Positions 40,301 through 49,936 of a stretch of DNA of 64,000 nt are shown piece after piece. Each line of letters starts with the position of its first letter. Within the stretch, counting starts at the first letter, position 1. Origin of the DNA: an uncultured Pseudomonadales bacterium (lineage in GTDB: Bacteria > Patescibacteriota > Microgenomatia > UBA1400 > PJMF01); contig CAYWDM010000002.1 of NCBI GenBank assembly GCA_964457085.1, positions 203,418-267,417 on the forward strand. Direction: 5' to 3'. The position numbers and the translations under genes were made by a program. The notes under the pieces were generated by a model. That model was not told the DNA's origin and made no database searches. It saw nothing but the letters and a program-made list of their open reading frames with translations.

Positions 40301-40594
40301 CCGGCTGGATTAATGGAGACTGGTTTGTGGGAGGTAGACGAAGTCTTTGATGTCTATAAAAATAATTTCCCTGAAAAGTGGGGAGAAATTATTCTTACTA
40401 ATAGTGAAATTTTCATGGAGGAGGTTATTCGAAGAGACGTGTCATTACAACAGCTACTTGAGTTTACAGACATTACTATCGCATACGAATATACATACTA
40501 CTGGAGAGATGTCTGGTCAGAAATTGAGATTGAAGACGCTCTGCATGCAGTGTATGGAGATGCACTTCCAGTATATGATGAGGCAGCTGGTTAA
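37382..40594 (+). CDS. giant hypothetical protein (1070 aa) built from ~12-14 degenerate ~75-aa tandem repeats
   Basis: The start overlaps the upstream stop (ATGAATAA). Repeats follow the pattern [D/E]E[V/L]F..L....P..WG..[I/V]...P.LF.E........L (e.g. EEVFQLLRTQEPRYWGYYIIAYPNTFVEAV, DELFETLRMTNPNWGKIVANNQVLFVGV, EEILTALKQEHPDTWGAFVTDGIVHFDAL). The protein is acidic and aromatic-rich. Confidence 0.6.
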   Translation: MNNQEFLSVEPEGKQIDTAVDAAASESDMLELKIAEILGQSSVDFIEKTVSEHLGDGYESNDLGLVEKINLILILASKKKIVVSSGLLRAVKSVTTILPNGQIDIEYLIHLKGEKRKHLFQVISSLILLLGLSFGVGNELVGRIQNTENRNKVELSASAVDDENAKALESRTKFERQFSSDLETVVAEMGWQDFLGEYTKENNESVWSSEEVFQLLRTQEPRYWGYYIIAYPNTFVEAVDTSQVSQVEFMSSCGDVRFFSYLQTQMGGDVTWLDLWSADELFETLRMTNPNWGKIVANNQVLFVGVLDREDLTPLVHMLAPTANSADMHYFLRDYENDWDQTWSRRELLDAMKADGSVSWGFYVKRYMHLFASDITEEELSEVIEDISFSSSGLYPSTNDLAFFSDYYKLQLYEVVDPAAFVRLIETHFSKEIAAQILANYPELNQLEQSNIERLFETEAINYVLDNYAQWESVYPIVDIMTFLRDSDQKYHYALIVPHPELFQEISFTDDEVVLLAFRNNFMETTGEKKKFFHNYQGQFGWENQIPVERMLKLGRSKPGDGMYTAALYFPEIFLPHFTDEDMYQLVLSNSIDLEEVDVLHSTNPIWKPFTTVERRHTMLELAKNDTEQDWEELVASRFYFFEDILTFDEAKDILSKYHSSTIRNSPLWQNNVTPEWEYSFFKESNEDIFIHLIANDPVYFSEQLTEGDKLLVLKNKPEVILDNYLFWQKFFSPEFILDYFYSGQSAENYGYFVLRNKHIFGHVFYNSGYDLKNSIMHGGLDTLFDTNYDTDQYYYEEWSEFVSIEELFYILEGFEDGRVKILTRPNLFFEFVEFSDLNQFVQTEHCISALLGSYDDWQELWSFADIYEAVKATDPSYSAFELFSSDYAEDFIKLTSHDDLQFLIRSYPDDLSYIFGSNLEILLKKWTAEEILTALKQEHPDTWGAFVTDGIVHFDALLSQSDLESLIAHGANPAGLMETGLWEVDEVFDVYKNNFPEKWGEIILTNSEIFMEEVIRRDVSLQQLLEFTDITIAYEYTYYWRDVWSEIEIEDALHAVYGDALPVYDEAAG

Positions 40595-40602
40595 TTTTCT
40601 AT

Positions 40603-40632
40603 AAATAGAGTAAAAACGTCTCGGGGACTACG
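40603..40632. terminator. possible bidirectional terminator between convergent genes
   Basis: aaaacgt-ctcggggact-acgttttt. Confidence 0.4.
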
Positions 40633-42415
40633 TTTTTAATCTACTAGCTCTAATTGCATTGAGTATTACTAGTACGTCAATAACTTCTTGTGTTAATGCT
40701 CCTGCAATCGGCGGAATTTTACCCATACTTGAAAGAATCATGCCGATGATACTGAGTCCGAGTCCGATCCAAATACTTTGTAGCGCAATCGCAATTGTTC
40801 CGTTCGAAATGGTGATTAATTGAGTTACGGCGGATAGTTTGTTAGTGATTAGCACTACGTCTGCTGCATTTGACGATGCTGACTCCTCATCATGACTGAA
40901 AACAATGCCCACGTCGGCAGTTGCGAGTGCAGGAGCATCATTAATGCCATCACCGATCATTGTCACCACTGCGTGCTGTTTTTGCAAATCAGTAATATAG
41001 TCAGTTTTTGATTTAGGAGTGCACTTTGATTTTGACAGAATAGGAACTTTTAATACAGCGACTAGCTCAGAGACTCTAGAGGCAATATCGCCACTAAGCA
41101 GATGCAACTTAAGCCCAGCCGACTGTAATTCCGAGAGGATTTTTGATGATTCTGGTTTAGGTTGATCTTGAAGTTCAATCTCACCGATCATCATCTTATT
41201 TTCGTACAATGTAATTACCATTCCCTCATGTGAGGAGTTTTTGAGTGAGTATTTATTATTTTTAATTTCTGCAGAAATGCCAGATCCAACGACTTCGATG
41301 GTATTTTCTGTTTTTGGTAACAGCAACTGTTGTTTGTTGGCTTCACTCACTATAGCTTTTGCGATCGGGTGCAGCGAACTTCGTTCAATAGCTGCAGCAA
41401 TGGTAAGAATTTGTTTTTTTGTGTACGACCTAACTAATGGAGTCACTGCAGATACCTCCAGCTCTCCGAGAGTCAGTGTGCCTGTTTTATCAAAAACTAA
41501 ATCAGTTGTTTGGCTGAGTAATTCGATGCTCGCTAAATTTTTGATAATGATGCCTCGCTTTGCAAGCGAATTCATGCCTCCCAGTAAGGCGATTGGGGTG
41601 GCAAGAATCAGCGGGCAAGGTGTCGCCATCACCAAAACTGCTAAAGCTCGATCAATCGAACCAGAAAAAAGCCAGGTGATGAACGCTAAGAAAAAAGTGA
41701 AAATAGTGAAGAATCCACTATATCTGTCTGCCAAACGAATCAATGGACTTTTATTATTCTGTGCCTTTTCTACTAATGCGATAATCTTATGATAGGTTGA
41801 TTGTGCACCAGTCTTTGTTACTTCAATAATGAGTTGATCGCCAACATTTACTGTGCCACTTGAAACCAGATCTCCACTGGTTTTATGGGCAGGCAAAGCT
41901 TCGCCAGTGAGTGACGATTCGTCAATCTGTGCCTCATCAGAAATGAGTCTTCCGTCTATTGGGAGTACTTCGCCACGTCTGACCACAACATGCTGGCCAA
42001 TTTGAACATCTTTCACCAATATTTCTGCACCTAGGGCATTATTAACCCAGAGATAAATAGTATCTGGAATGCGGCTCACTAAGGCTTTAAGTGAGGATTT
42101 GGCTCTGTTTCTAGCATATTTCTCCAGTTCGTTACCGCCAGCGAGCATTAGACAAATGACTGCAGCCACAAATAATTGTCCAGACAACACTCCAGTCACA
42201 ATTGCAGTCAAAGCAATATAGTCCAGTGCAAATCTTTTGTGTTGCAGTGAATAAATTGTTTGTTTAACAAGTTCAAAACTACCAATCAAGATAACTACGA
42301 TTAATACTATCTGTGCTAAAAATGGTTGTGAAGCTTGAGTCAATACGAATGCAACGACCATTCCGATTAAAATAGTTAGAGGAACAAAATGAGTAAATAG
42401 TTTCAGCGACTGCAT
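40628..42415 (-). CDS. P-type cation-transporting ATPase (P1B-like, no N-terminal metal-binding domain)
   Basis: TGE (SLTGEALP), phosphorylation site DKTGTLT, hinge GDGINDAPAL and a TPC motif in a TM helix, all in 595 aa. Confidence 0.8.
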   Translation of the reverse strand: MQSLKLFTHFVPLTILIGMVVAFVLTQASQPFLAQIVLIVVILIGSFELVKQTIYSLQHKRFALDYIALTAIVTGVLSGQLFVAAVICLMLAGGNELEKYARNRAKSSLKALVSRIPDTIYLWVNNALGAEILVKDVQIGQHVVVRRGEVLPIDGRLISDEAQIDESSLTGEALPAHKTSGDLVSSGTVNVGDQLIIEVTKTGAQSTYHKIIALVEKAQNNKSPLIRLADRYSGFFTIFTFFLAFITWLFSGSIDRALAVLVMATPCPLILATPIALLGGMNSLAKRGIIIKNLASIELLSQTTDLVFDKTGTLTLGELEVSAVTPLVRSYTKKQILTIAAAIERSSLHPIAKAIVSEANKQQLLLPKTENTIEVVGSGISAEIKNNKYSLKNSSHEGMVITLYENKMMIGEIELQDQPKPESSKILSELQSAGLKLHLLSGDIASRVSELVAVLKVPILSKSKCTPKSKTDYITDLQKQHAVVTMIGDGINDAPALATADVGIVFSHDEESASSNAADVVLITNKLSAVTQLITISNGTIAIALQSIWIGLGLSIIGMILSSMGKIPPIAGALTQEVIDVLVILNAIRASRLKT

Positions 42416-42498
42416 ACTAGTAGATAAGTATACGAGTTGGCGGAAGATATTGACACAACATTTTGTGTTTTTAGCTGCAAAAAGCTTATACTAATTAA

Positions 42499-43401
42499 AT
42501 GTCAGAAAAATTGGATACTCCAATAGCAAATGAATTGCCCCAATTAGAGATTCCACCCGAAAGCTTGGTTGAAAGTCCAGTAACTCTAGTCAAAACAAAT
42601 CAGAAAAAGCCATTTTTTTTGCTGTTATTGCTGTTGGCAATGGTTTTTGTCAGCATTGGAGTTTGGCTATTCACTCAAAACCAGTTCTCTCAGAAACAAG
42701 TAACAGAAGATACGCTTGAGGAGGAGATGCAGCTAGCTGAAGAATTATCGCCTACACCCAATCCAGGCGAATTTCCATTTGAGGAGGATCAATCATTGGT
42801 TGCAACTGATGAGGCGACTCCTAGTCCAACAGTGGCAGTTAAGTCTGGTGTGTATACAGTGAAGATGACTTTGCTCGATAGTTTAAAAAAACCGACTACT
42901 CAAAATGGATATTTTACTTTGGTTAAATATCTTGCATCGCGGCTCAAATTTTCTGCTGATGAAGCTGCTGTTTATTTTGATACACGAATTACCCAGGACA
43001 TGAATCGTGATAGTGGTATGTTTAATGGTCAATATATTTTGTGGCTCAAATCTGGATTGTTAGAAACTCCAATTGAGGATGAAGATGGCTTTGTGAAGTT
43101 GTTAGTGACTTCACTGGATGAAAAAATCATACCGTATCTACACAATCCACAAACAAATGCCAATGACGCAATGTATTGTGAAGTGAATGGTGACTGCTCT
43201 GTTCGAGATAATATTTGTTCGATTGGTGCATACAATTCATACCAAATATTTGTCGATGTCTATGGTTGTGGTCCTGATGGACAGTACGAAATTAGTAAAG
43301 ATGGTAGTTGTTGGCGTAAAAAAAAGCTCAGCAATCCTCGCTGTATTAAGAATACTTGTACTGCCACAGTTGAACTGGGTGTTTGTCAGTCTGGCCCCTA
43401 G
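42499..43401 (+). CDS. membrane-anchored secreted protein with Cys-rich C-terminal domain
   Basis: N-terminal TM (FFLLLLLLAMVFVSIGVWLF), an acidic linker and 10 Cys in the last 90 aa. Confidence 0.5.
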   Translation: MSEKLDTPIANELPQLEIPPESLVESPVTLVKTNQKKPFFLLLLLLAMVFVSIGVWLFTQNQFSQKQVTEDTLEEEMQLAEELSPTPNPGEFPFEEDQSLVATDEATPSPTVAVKSGVYTVKMTLLDSLKKPTTQNGYFTLVKYLASRLKFSADEAAVYFDTRITQDMNRDSGMFNGQYILWLKSGLLETPIEDEDGFVKLLVTSLDEKIIPYLHNPQTNANDAMYCEVNGDCSVRDNICSIGAYNSYQIFVDVYGCGPDGQYEISKDGSCWRKKKLSNPRCIKNTCTATVELGVCQSGP

Positions 43402-44009
43402 TTTTTTATAGTTTTTCGAGCCAAGATAATTTGGTGAGCTTCTTGATTGCTGCGATCAATTTCATCAACCAAAATCTCAAATCCAGCTTCGGCGAGTAGC
43501 TGTCTATTTTTATTTGGTCCGAATTGACTTGACCACATTTGTTGTCCATAAAAATCGTGCCAATCTTCAAAATCACTTTCTCCCATGCTGATCAACAGCA
43601 ACCCATTTTCAGGTAAAAAACTAGAAATAGTTTTTAACCATTCACCATGTGTTTCTCGTTGGAGATGAAAAAGAGTGTACAAGCAAATAATTGCGTTAGT
43701 AGAAAATTCAAATGGTTTGAGCAATGCGATGTCTTGTTGCAGATATCGACCTGCAGGACAGTCTCGACGAGCTAAAGCTAGTTGTGATGCCGAAAAATCA
43801 ATGCCGGTGAGTAAATGACCTTTTTTAATAATCTGGTCGTCAATTGGCGTCCCCGCACCACAGCCAAGATCAAGCACTTCTGATTGGGGAGGAAGTAATT
43901 CTAAGAATTTAGTGAGGTATTTTTGGGTTCGGAAATGTTGACGATCTTGATTGTATGCTTTAGTTGTTTGGTTATAGGCTTTGCGAATGAGATCTCGAGT
44001 GTCGGACAT
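43398..44009 (-). CDS. class I SAM-dependent methyltransferase
   Basis: Motif I VLDLGCGAGT. Confidence 0.8.
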   Translation of the reverse strand: MSDTRDLIRKAYNQTTKAYNQDRQHFRTQKYLTKFLELLPPQSEVLDLGCGAGTPIDDQIIKKGHLLTGIDFSASQLALARRDCPAGRYLQQDIALLKPFEFSTNAIICLYTLFHLQRETHGEWLKTISSFLPENGLLLISMGESDFEDWHDFYGQQMWSSQFGPNKNRQLLAEAGFEILVDEIDRSNQEAHQIILARKTIKN

Positions 44010-44105
44010 AGGTACAGCATATCATGCGAGGTGTGTTCTGGAATTTGTCGTTACTGTTGGTTTGTTGTTAGTTTTGGCCACGATGATTGCGGTACAATTA
44101 ACAAC

Positions 44106-45170
44106 ATGTTGCAACTCTTTAGCTATACAGATGAATTATCAAAAAGAACTAGTCAGGCAGTGCGAGATTTTCAAGAGCAGTATCGACAATTTGATTTCGA
44201 TGCTGAATTATTGGCTCCAGCAAGTGCTTTTGTTACTCGAGGCAAGTTATTTAGAGGCTCGTTGTGTCTAGTAACTTCTCAGCTGTTGATGAGACAAGCA
44301 ACTCCTGTTGCCGGTGCATGGAGTGCAGCTGTGGCTTTGGAGTTAGCTGGATCGGCTATCTTGATTCAAGATGATGTCATGGATGCATCTGAGATGCGAC
44401 GCGATCAACCTACGCTGCATCGTCAATATCAAAAACACTGGCGTGGTGATGCGACCACCGCATCATTATTTGGGGAGAGCATGTCGGTCTGTGTTAGCGA
44501 CACACTGTTTTTTTGGTCTAGTCGATTGCTGACAGCAGCTGATTTACCTGCATCGGTTAAGCTTGACTTGGTAGCGGCCATGGGTCTCGAAATTGCAACT
44601 TTGGCAATGGCTCAAGCAGAGGAGATGCGCTTTAGTGCTTTGTCACTATCCGATCCCACGGTCAACCAAGAAAGCATTTTAAAAATACTAATTGGAAAAA
44701 CTGCCAGATATACAGCAGCTTGGCCCCTGAGATTTGCAGGCATTATTGCTGGAGCTGATGAGCCGACCACAAAAGCACTACAAGAGTTTGGCGAAGCAAT
44801 GGGTTTGGTTTTTCAGCTGAGTGATGATCGATTGGGGTTGTTTGGTGATCCAACAAAAACTGGTAAAGACGTGGACGGCGATGCAAAGTCAGGTAAAAAA
44901 ACACTCTACGCATTGTTTGCTAGAGATTATCTGACTGGGGAGAGTGAGCAACGATTTATGGAGTTGTATGGAAAGTTGGATTTAACAGCGGTAGAACTCA
45001 GCGAACTGCAGCAATTACTGAAAATAAATGGCATCTATGATCGATTTGAAGCATTTACAGCCAATCAGGTTGAAATCGCCAAAAACTGTCTAAAAAAACT
45101 CGAGGAATATCCAGAATTAGTGGCGATGCTCACGCAAACAGTGGAGTTTTTAGCTACTCGCCAGCGATAA
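44106..45170 (+). CDS. polyprenyl (isoprenyl) diphosphate synthase
   Basis: First DDxxD motif LIQDDVMDASE and second Asp-rich motif FQLSDDRLGLFGD. The start is revised from 43923 (which overlaps the divergent methyltransferase) to ATG 44106. Confidence 0.8.
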   Translation: MLQLFSYTDELSKRTSQAVRDFQEQYRQFDFDAELLAPASAFVTRGKLFRGSLCLVTSQLLMRQATPVAGAWSAAVALELAGSAILIQDDVMDASEMRRDQPTLHRQYQKHWRGDATTASLFGESMSVCVSDTLFFWSSRLLTAADLPASVKLDLVAAMGLEIATLAMAQAEEMRFSALSLSDPTVNQESILKILIGKTARYTAAWPLRFAGIIAGADEPTTKALQEFGEAMGLVFQLSDDRLGLFGDPTKTGKDVDGDAKSGKKTLYALFARDYLTGESEQRFMELYGKLDLTAVELSELQQLLKINGIYDRFEAFTANQVEIAKNCLKKLEEYPELVAMLTQTVEFLATRQR

Positions 45171-45172
45171 GC

Positions 45173-45409
45173 TTACTTCTTGTCGATAATTGAGTTGGCT
45201 AGTTTGGCCACAAGTCCGAGTGCTAGCGGATAGCCAACCAATAACCAGAGTGCGGAGATAAATGGCAAGTGAATAGCTTGATTGAAGAAACTGCTCACCG
45301 AAGTACCCTGAAAAAAGCTATACCAATTCGGCATTTTTAATGTTGCTGCCAACCAGTTGACTATCATTGCACCAATTAATATCAGAACACCATGAAGATA
45401 TGTTTTCAT
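45173..45409 (-). CDS. small two-TM membrane protein
   Basis: 78 aa, hydrophobic; tightly packed between neighbouring genes. Confidence 0.4.
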   Translation of the reverse strand: MKTYLHGVLILIGAMIVNWLAATLKMPNWYSFFQGTSVSSFFNQAIHLPFISALWLLVGYPLALGLVAKLANSIIDKK

Positions 45410-45426
45410 ACGCTATAGTATAAAGC

Positions 45427-46389
45427 GTGCACATAAATGAATCCAATCCACCCCAATTAGTGTTAGCTGGTTCGCTCTCAATTGACCACATTTTGCAGTA
45501 CGGTGGCTCATTGTCTGAGCAGTTACAGTCAGCACCGCTCGAGTCATTGTCATTATCAGTTTTGTTGTCCGGAGTGACCAATTCTGAGGGTGGAATTGCG
45601 GGTAATATTGCTTATTCATCAGCTCTGCTTGGAGAACAGCCAATTTTGTTTGGCTCAATTGGCGATGATCAACCGAGCTATTTGGCCAAATTAACAAAAA
45701 TGGGTGTGCAAACTGACCAAACGCATATCTCTAAGTTGCCTACTGCTAGCTTTACCGTTATTACTGACGCAAAAAGTTGTCAAATTGGTGGCTTTCATCC
45801 GGGAGCGATGACTGACTCAGAGTCATTATCGCTTGAAAAGTTTATCGATCAAAATGTCTTGATTGTGCTCTCTGCACATGATCCGGCTCAGATGCAGCGA
45901 CACATTGAACAAGCTGCAAAATATAAGCTGCGATTAGTGTTTGATATTGGTCAACAAATTGCTGCCTTAAGTACTGAGGTGGTTTTAGCAGGATTAAGAA
46001 CTGCTGAGTTACTACTGGTGAATGAATATGAGCTGGAGCTAGTCTTACAGCGTGCCGCAATTACCAAGGCCGAGTTATTAGATATGGTGCCATTAGTGGT
46101 GGTGACATTGGGGAAAGAGGGCTGTCAAATCTATCAGCAAGGTAAAGAACTGCGGGTCAAAGCAGTTACTGCAAAGATGGTTGATCCAACTGGAGCCGGT
46201 GATGCGTTTCGAGCTGGTTTTTTCTATGGCTATGTGCGAAACTGGCCTTTGACTCTGAGTGCACAACTTGGTGCTACAGTCGCAGCTTTCGCTGTAGAAA
46301 CTAGTGGCACACAGCAACATGTTTTTACTAGAGCTCAACTTGATCAGAGGTATAAGAAACAATATCAAGGAATTATTAACTGGACATGA
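45427..46389 (+). CDS. PfkB-family carbohydrate/nucleoside kinase (adenosine kinase-like)
   Basis: C-terminal [13 protein letters not shown] is the PfkB signature. The gene overlaps adenosylhomocysteinase by 4 nt. Confidence 0.75.
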   Translation: MHINESNPPQLVLAGSLSIDHILQYGGSLSEQLQSAPLESLSLSVLLSGVTNSEGGIAGNIAYSSALLGEQPILFGSIGDDQPSYLAKLTKMGVQTDQTHISKLPTASFTVITDAKSCQIGGFHPGAMTDSESLSLEKFIDQNVLIVLSAHDPAQMQRHIEQAAKYKLRLVFDIGQQIAALSTEVVLAGLRTAELLLVNEYELELVLQRAAITKAELLDMVPLVVVTLGKEGCQIYQQGKELRVKAVTAKMVDPTGAGDAFRAGFFYGYVRNWPLTLSAQLGATVAAFAVETSGTQQHVFTRAQLDQRYKKQYQGIINWT

Positions 46390-47714
46390 AAAAAAGCAAT
46401 TCAAATATGAAAAAAACTGACTATAAAGTCGCAGATATTAAATTAGCTGAGTGGGGTCGCAGAGAAATAACCTTAGCTGAGAAGGAAATGCCAGGCTTGA
46501 TGGCTGTACGGGCAGAATATTCCAAGGAACAGCCACTCAAAGGTGCTCGTATTGCTGGTTCACTGCACATGACTATCCAAACTGCGGTGCTGATTGAGTC
46601 ACTCGTCGCACTAGGTGCACAGGTTCGTTGGGCCTCATGCAATATTTTTTCAACTCAAGATCATGCAGCCGCAGCAATTGCAGCACAAGGTATCCCCGTT
46701 TTTGCTTGGAAGGGTGAAACCGAGGAAGAATATTGGTGGACGACTGAGCAAACACTGCTTTTTACTGATGCTAAAGGAAAAGTAATTGGTCCAAACATGA
46801 TTTTGGATGATGGCGGTGATCTCACTGGTTTAGTGCACAGCAAACACCCAGAATTACTTGACCAAATTAAGGGAGTTTCAGAAGAGACAACTACAGGGGT
46901 GCATCATCTCTACCAGATGCTGAAAGAGGGCAAGCTTAAATTACCAGCAATCAATGTTAATGACAGTGTCACCAAATCTAAGTTTGATAATTTATACGGT
47001 TGCCGTGAATCCTTGGTTGATGGCATTCGTCGTGCAACCGACGTGATGTTGGCTGGCAAGGTTGCTCTAGTGGCCGGTTTTGGTGATGTCGGTAAGGGCA
47101 GTGCCCAATCACTTCGAAATAACGGTGCTCGGGTAATTGTCACAGAAGTTGATCCCATCTGTGCTTTGCAGGCCGCAATGGAAGGGTATGAAGTGAGGCG
47201 GATGGAGGATGTGGTTGATCAAGTAGATGTGTTTGTGACCGCCACTGGCTGTAGCGATGTAATTAGAGTGGAACACATGAAGAAAATGAAAGATACCGCC
47301 ATCGTTTGTAATATCGGCCACTTTGATGTGGAGATTGATGTAGCTGGTTTGAAAGCAATTAAAGGTATCAAACATCAGGTGGTTAAACCTCAGGTTGATA
47401 TGTTCACTTTTGCCGATGGTCGACGGTTAATCTTATTGGCCGAAGGTCGACTGGTAAATCTTGGTTGTGCCATGGGTCATCCTTCATTCGTAATGTCTTG
47501 CTCATTTACTAACCAGGTTTTAGCTCAAATTGAACTCTTCACCAAGAAATATGACATTGGCGTGTACATGTTGCCCAAGCATCTTGATGAAAAAGTTGCA
47601 GCTTTGCACTTAGCTCATGTAGGTGCAGACTTAACCAAGTTGTCTGCAAAACAAGCCAAGTACCTTGGAGTACCTGTTACAGGACCATTCAAGGCAGTTC
47701 AGTACCGATATTAA
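46386..47714 (+). CDS. ahcY: adenosylhomocysteinase
   Basis: NAD-binding [20 protein letters not shown] and conserved S-adenosylhomocysteine hydrolase N- and C-terminal blocks. Confidence 0.95.
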   Translation: MKKSNSNMKKTDYKVADIKLAEWGRREITLAEKEMPGLMAVRAEYSKEQPLKGARIAGSLHMTIQTAVLIESLVALGAQVRWASCNIFSTQDHAAAAIAAQGIPVFAWKGETEEEYWWTTEQTLLFTDAKGKVIGPNMILDDGGDLTGLVHSKHPELLDQIKGVSEETTTGVHHLYQMLKEGKLKLPAINVNDSVTKSKFDNLYGCRESLVDGIRRATDVMLAGKVALVAGFGDVGKGSAQSLRNNGARVIVTEVDPICALQAAMEGYEVRRMEDVVDQVDVFVTATGCSDVIRVEHMKKMKDTAIVCNIGHFDVEIDVAGLKAIKGIKHQVVKPQVDMFTFADGRRLILLAEGRLVNLGCAMGHPSFVMSCSFTNQVLAQIELFTKKYDIGVYMLPKHLDEKVAALHLAHVGADLTKLSAKQAKYLGVPVTGPFKAVQYRY

Positions 47715-47741
47715 TTTAAAGTTATTTGTAAGGTCGTTAAA

Positions 47742-48008
47742 ATGCTCAAAAATCATTTGAATCAGCCAGTTACACAGATCACTGTCTACGGTGCAGAGTG
47801 GTGTGGTGATTGTTTTCGTGCCAAGGCTTTTTTTGATTCACATCACATTGTGTACCAAAGCTTTGATATCGACCAGTCAGCTGAAATGGCTGAGTTCGTG
47901 ATACAGGTCAATAATGGCAGTCGCAGTATTCCAACTATTTTATTTCCAGATGGCAGTATTTTGGTGGAACCAAGCAACCAAGAGTTGGCCGAAAAATTAG
48001 AGAAATAG
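47742..48008 (+). CDS. glutaredoxin-like thioredoxin-fold protein
   Basis: VYGAEWCGDCFRAK (CxxC) in an 88-aa protein. Confidence 0.75.
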   Translation: MLKNHLNQPVTQITVYGAEWCGDCFRAKAFFDSHHIVYQSFDIDQSAEMAEFVIQVNNGSRSIPTILFPDGSILVEPSNQELAEKLEK

Positions 48009-48050
48009 TTTTTGCAGTATTTTGTTGGTATATAAGTGTAAAAATCCACG

Positions 48051-48080
48051 AAAAAGGCGCCCCTTGCGAGGCGCCTTTTA
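48051..48080. terminator. rho-independent terminator
   Basis: aaaaaggcgcc-ccttgcga-ggcgcctttta. Confidence 0.75.
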
Positions 48081-48091
48081 TCTTGTACATT

Positions 48092-48811
48092 TTATTGCTG
48101 AAAACTCCAGTCAAAACCGTATTTGAGCTGTCGTATGATCTCTCGTAGAAACACGATCGTCATCATAGTCCACAGCACTGCACCGCTAAGGAACCAGAAA
48201 TGCGGGAAGACTGCTGAGGCACAAACAAAGCCAACGCCGATGATCATTATCCAGCCGTTACCATCATCAGTGCTGTCTGAGTCAGTATCCGGAATTGTGT
48301 CTCCCGCATAATAACTCGAGTAATAGAGGATTTGGTTCGCCGCTCTACCACTGATGGTGCTGTCGTATGAATAGACCTCTTGTCTGGGGCCATTTTCAGT
48401 CAAGAAAACGCCCACCAGTGTTGAGGACACAAGAAAAATGACTAACATGAGCATGGTAGCCCATTCAGTCACTTCTTCGCGATATGTAAACCAATTTGTG
48501 AACACCAGGATAAGTGTCACGAAAATGGCACAAATCGCGGCATATATCCAGACAGGTGTGTTAAACCATGTCGAGGATATTTTGTTAAATCCGGTTACAA
48601 AGATCCAGAACCATCCCAACGATCCCATGCAAACGAATCCAAATATCAACGAGCGGATGCCGTCAAATGGAGCTAAAGCTTTTTCAAGCCGCTTGCTGAA
48701 TCGTTTGTAAACTTTCATGGTCTCTTTGAAGAGATGTGAAAATAGGGGATATAGAACTGGAACAAGTGCCGGCAATGATGTTGCACAAATGGTGAGTAGA
48801 ATGTCTGACAT
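48092..48811 (-). CDS. polytopic membrane protein, hypothetical
   Basis: 239 aa with at least 6 TM helices. Confidence 0.5.
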   Translation of the reverse strand: MSDILLTICATSLPALVPVLYPLFSHLFKETMKVYKRFSKRLEKALAPFDGIRSLIFGFVCMGSLGWFWIFVTGFNKISSTWFNTPVWIYAAICAIFVTLILVFTNWFTYREEVTEWATMLMLVIFLVSSTLVGVFLTENGPRQEVYSYDSTISGRAANQILYYSSYYAGDTIPDTDSDSTDDGNGWIMIIGVGFVCASAVFPHFWFLSGAVLWTMMTIVFLREIIRQLKYGFDWSFQQ

Positions 48812-49131
48812 TAGATTACCTCCATGTAATCTGGTTTTAATTTTGATTATGATTTTGATTGCAAAAATAGCCTCGAGACAGACAGTACTTTTTATATCTG
48901 CCTTGTGGCTATTTCTGCTAAGAGTGTTCAGCTGTTAATGTGCCAAGATATTTGTTGTTTGAGTAGAAACATATCTGTCGCAATGACGGAGCGCTCCAGA
49001 TCAAACACTATAATGATACAGATTTACGTCTCAATTGTCAATATTATAGGCTTATATTTAGCCTCGGCCTTGTGTGAGAGTCAATTTCTAACAGCTTTTT
49101 AGTGAATGCCAATTGAAACTTACCGTACATT

Positions 49132-49911
49132 ATGGCTATCATAGAGCTTGAGGAAAATAATATGGGTGAAGCTCCAGCATATGTTCCAGAAGATGAAGTT
49201 GCGTCGTTACCTGATGTAGATGATGGTTCTGTTACTGCGGCTGGTGAGGCAGCTGCTGTTTTGCCAGATGTGGATGGTGATGCTAATCCAGATAAATTTG
49301 CTGAGTATAAAGATAAAGGGAGAGATGTTTATGATGCTGCTTGGAATGCACTCCAAAAGCGAATGCAGGCAATTCGTGCCCGAATGACGACGGCTTCGGC
49401 GAGAGAGATGGGCCGTGAGCTTATGGGGCAGGCATTTACCGTTCCTGCACGACTTGAGACAGCATGGCAGTCTGGTCGAACACGTTTAGGTGAAATCATG
49501 ACCAGTTCTGACGGTAGAATTGGTTCAGCTCGGGCAGGTTTTAATCGAGCTCGAGAGGCAATTTCTAGTGGCGTTTCTGATCGACTGGCAAGTATCCGTG
49601 CGAGTTCTGCAGAACGATCAAAGGCTAAAAAAGAAAAAAATGCAGCAGAATTTACTCGAATTCGCCAGGAACAAATTGATCGATTGTTGGGTAAAGTGAC
49701 TGATCTACGTGCGGAGCGCGATGCTAAAAATATGGAGATTATGCAAGCTGCTTATGCAAAAGTAAAAGAGAATCGAGCTGAGTATCGAGGAAAGATCGGT
49801 GAGAGTCAAAAAGCGATCGCTGAGCTACAGGCAAATACTTCTGGAAATGTAAACAGCTTAAATCACATGGCTTATGATTACTCGAATACCTATATTATGC
49901 ATCCAGTGTAA
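49132..49911 (+). CDS. hypothetical alpha-helical protein
   Basis: 259 aa with an acidic N-terminus and an R/A-rich helical region; local GC is higher than neighbouring sequence. Confidence 0.45.
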   Translation: MAIIELEENNMGEAPAYVPEDEVASLPDVDDGSVTAAGEAAAVLPDVDGDANPDKFAEYKDKGRDVYDAAWNALQKRMQAIRARMTTASAREMGRELMGQAFTVPARLETAWQSGRTRLGEIMTSSDGRIGSARAGFNRAREAISSGVSDRLASIRASSAERSKAKKEKNAAEFTRIRQEQIDRLLGKVTDLRAERDAKNMEIMQAAYAKVKENRAEYRGKIGESQKAIAELQANTSGNVNSLNHMAYDYSNTYIMHPV

Positions 49912-49936
49912 TTTATTCTTGAAAAGAAACTAATAC

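Noticed and set aside
41241-41792. 183-aa plus-strand ORF
   Set aside because: Antisense to the P-type ATPase, which carries all canonical motifs.
43923-44105. N-terminal 61 codons of the track ORF for polyprenyl synthase
   Set aside because: It overlaps the divergent methyltransferase start and is Cys-rich nonsense. The start was moved to ATG 44106.
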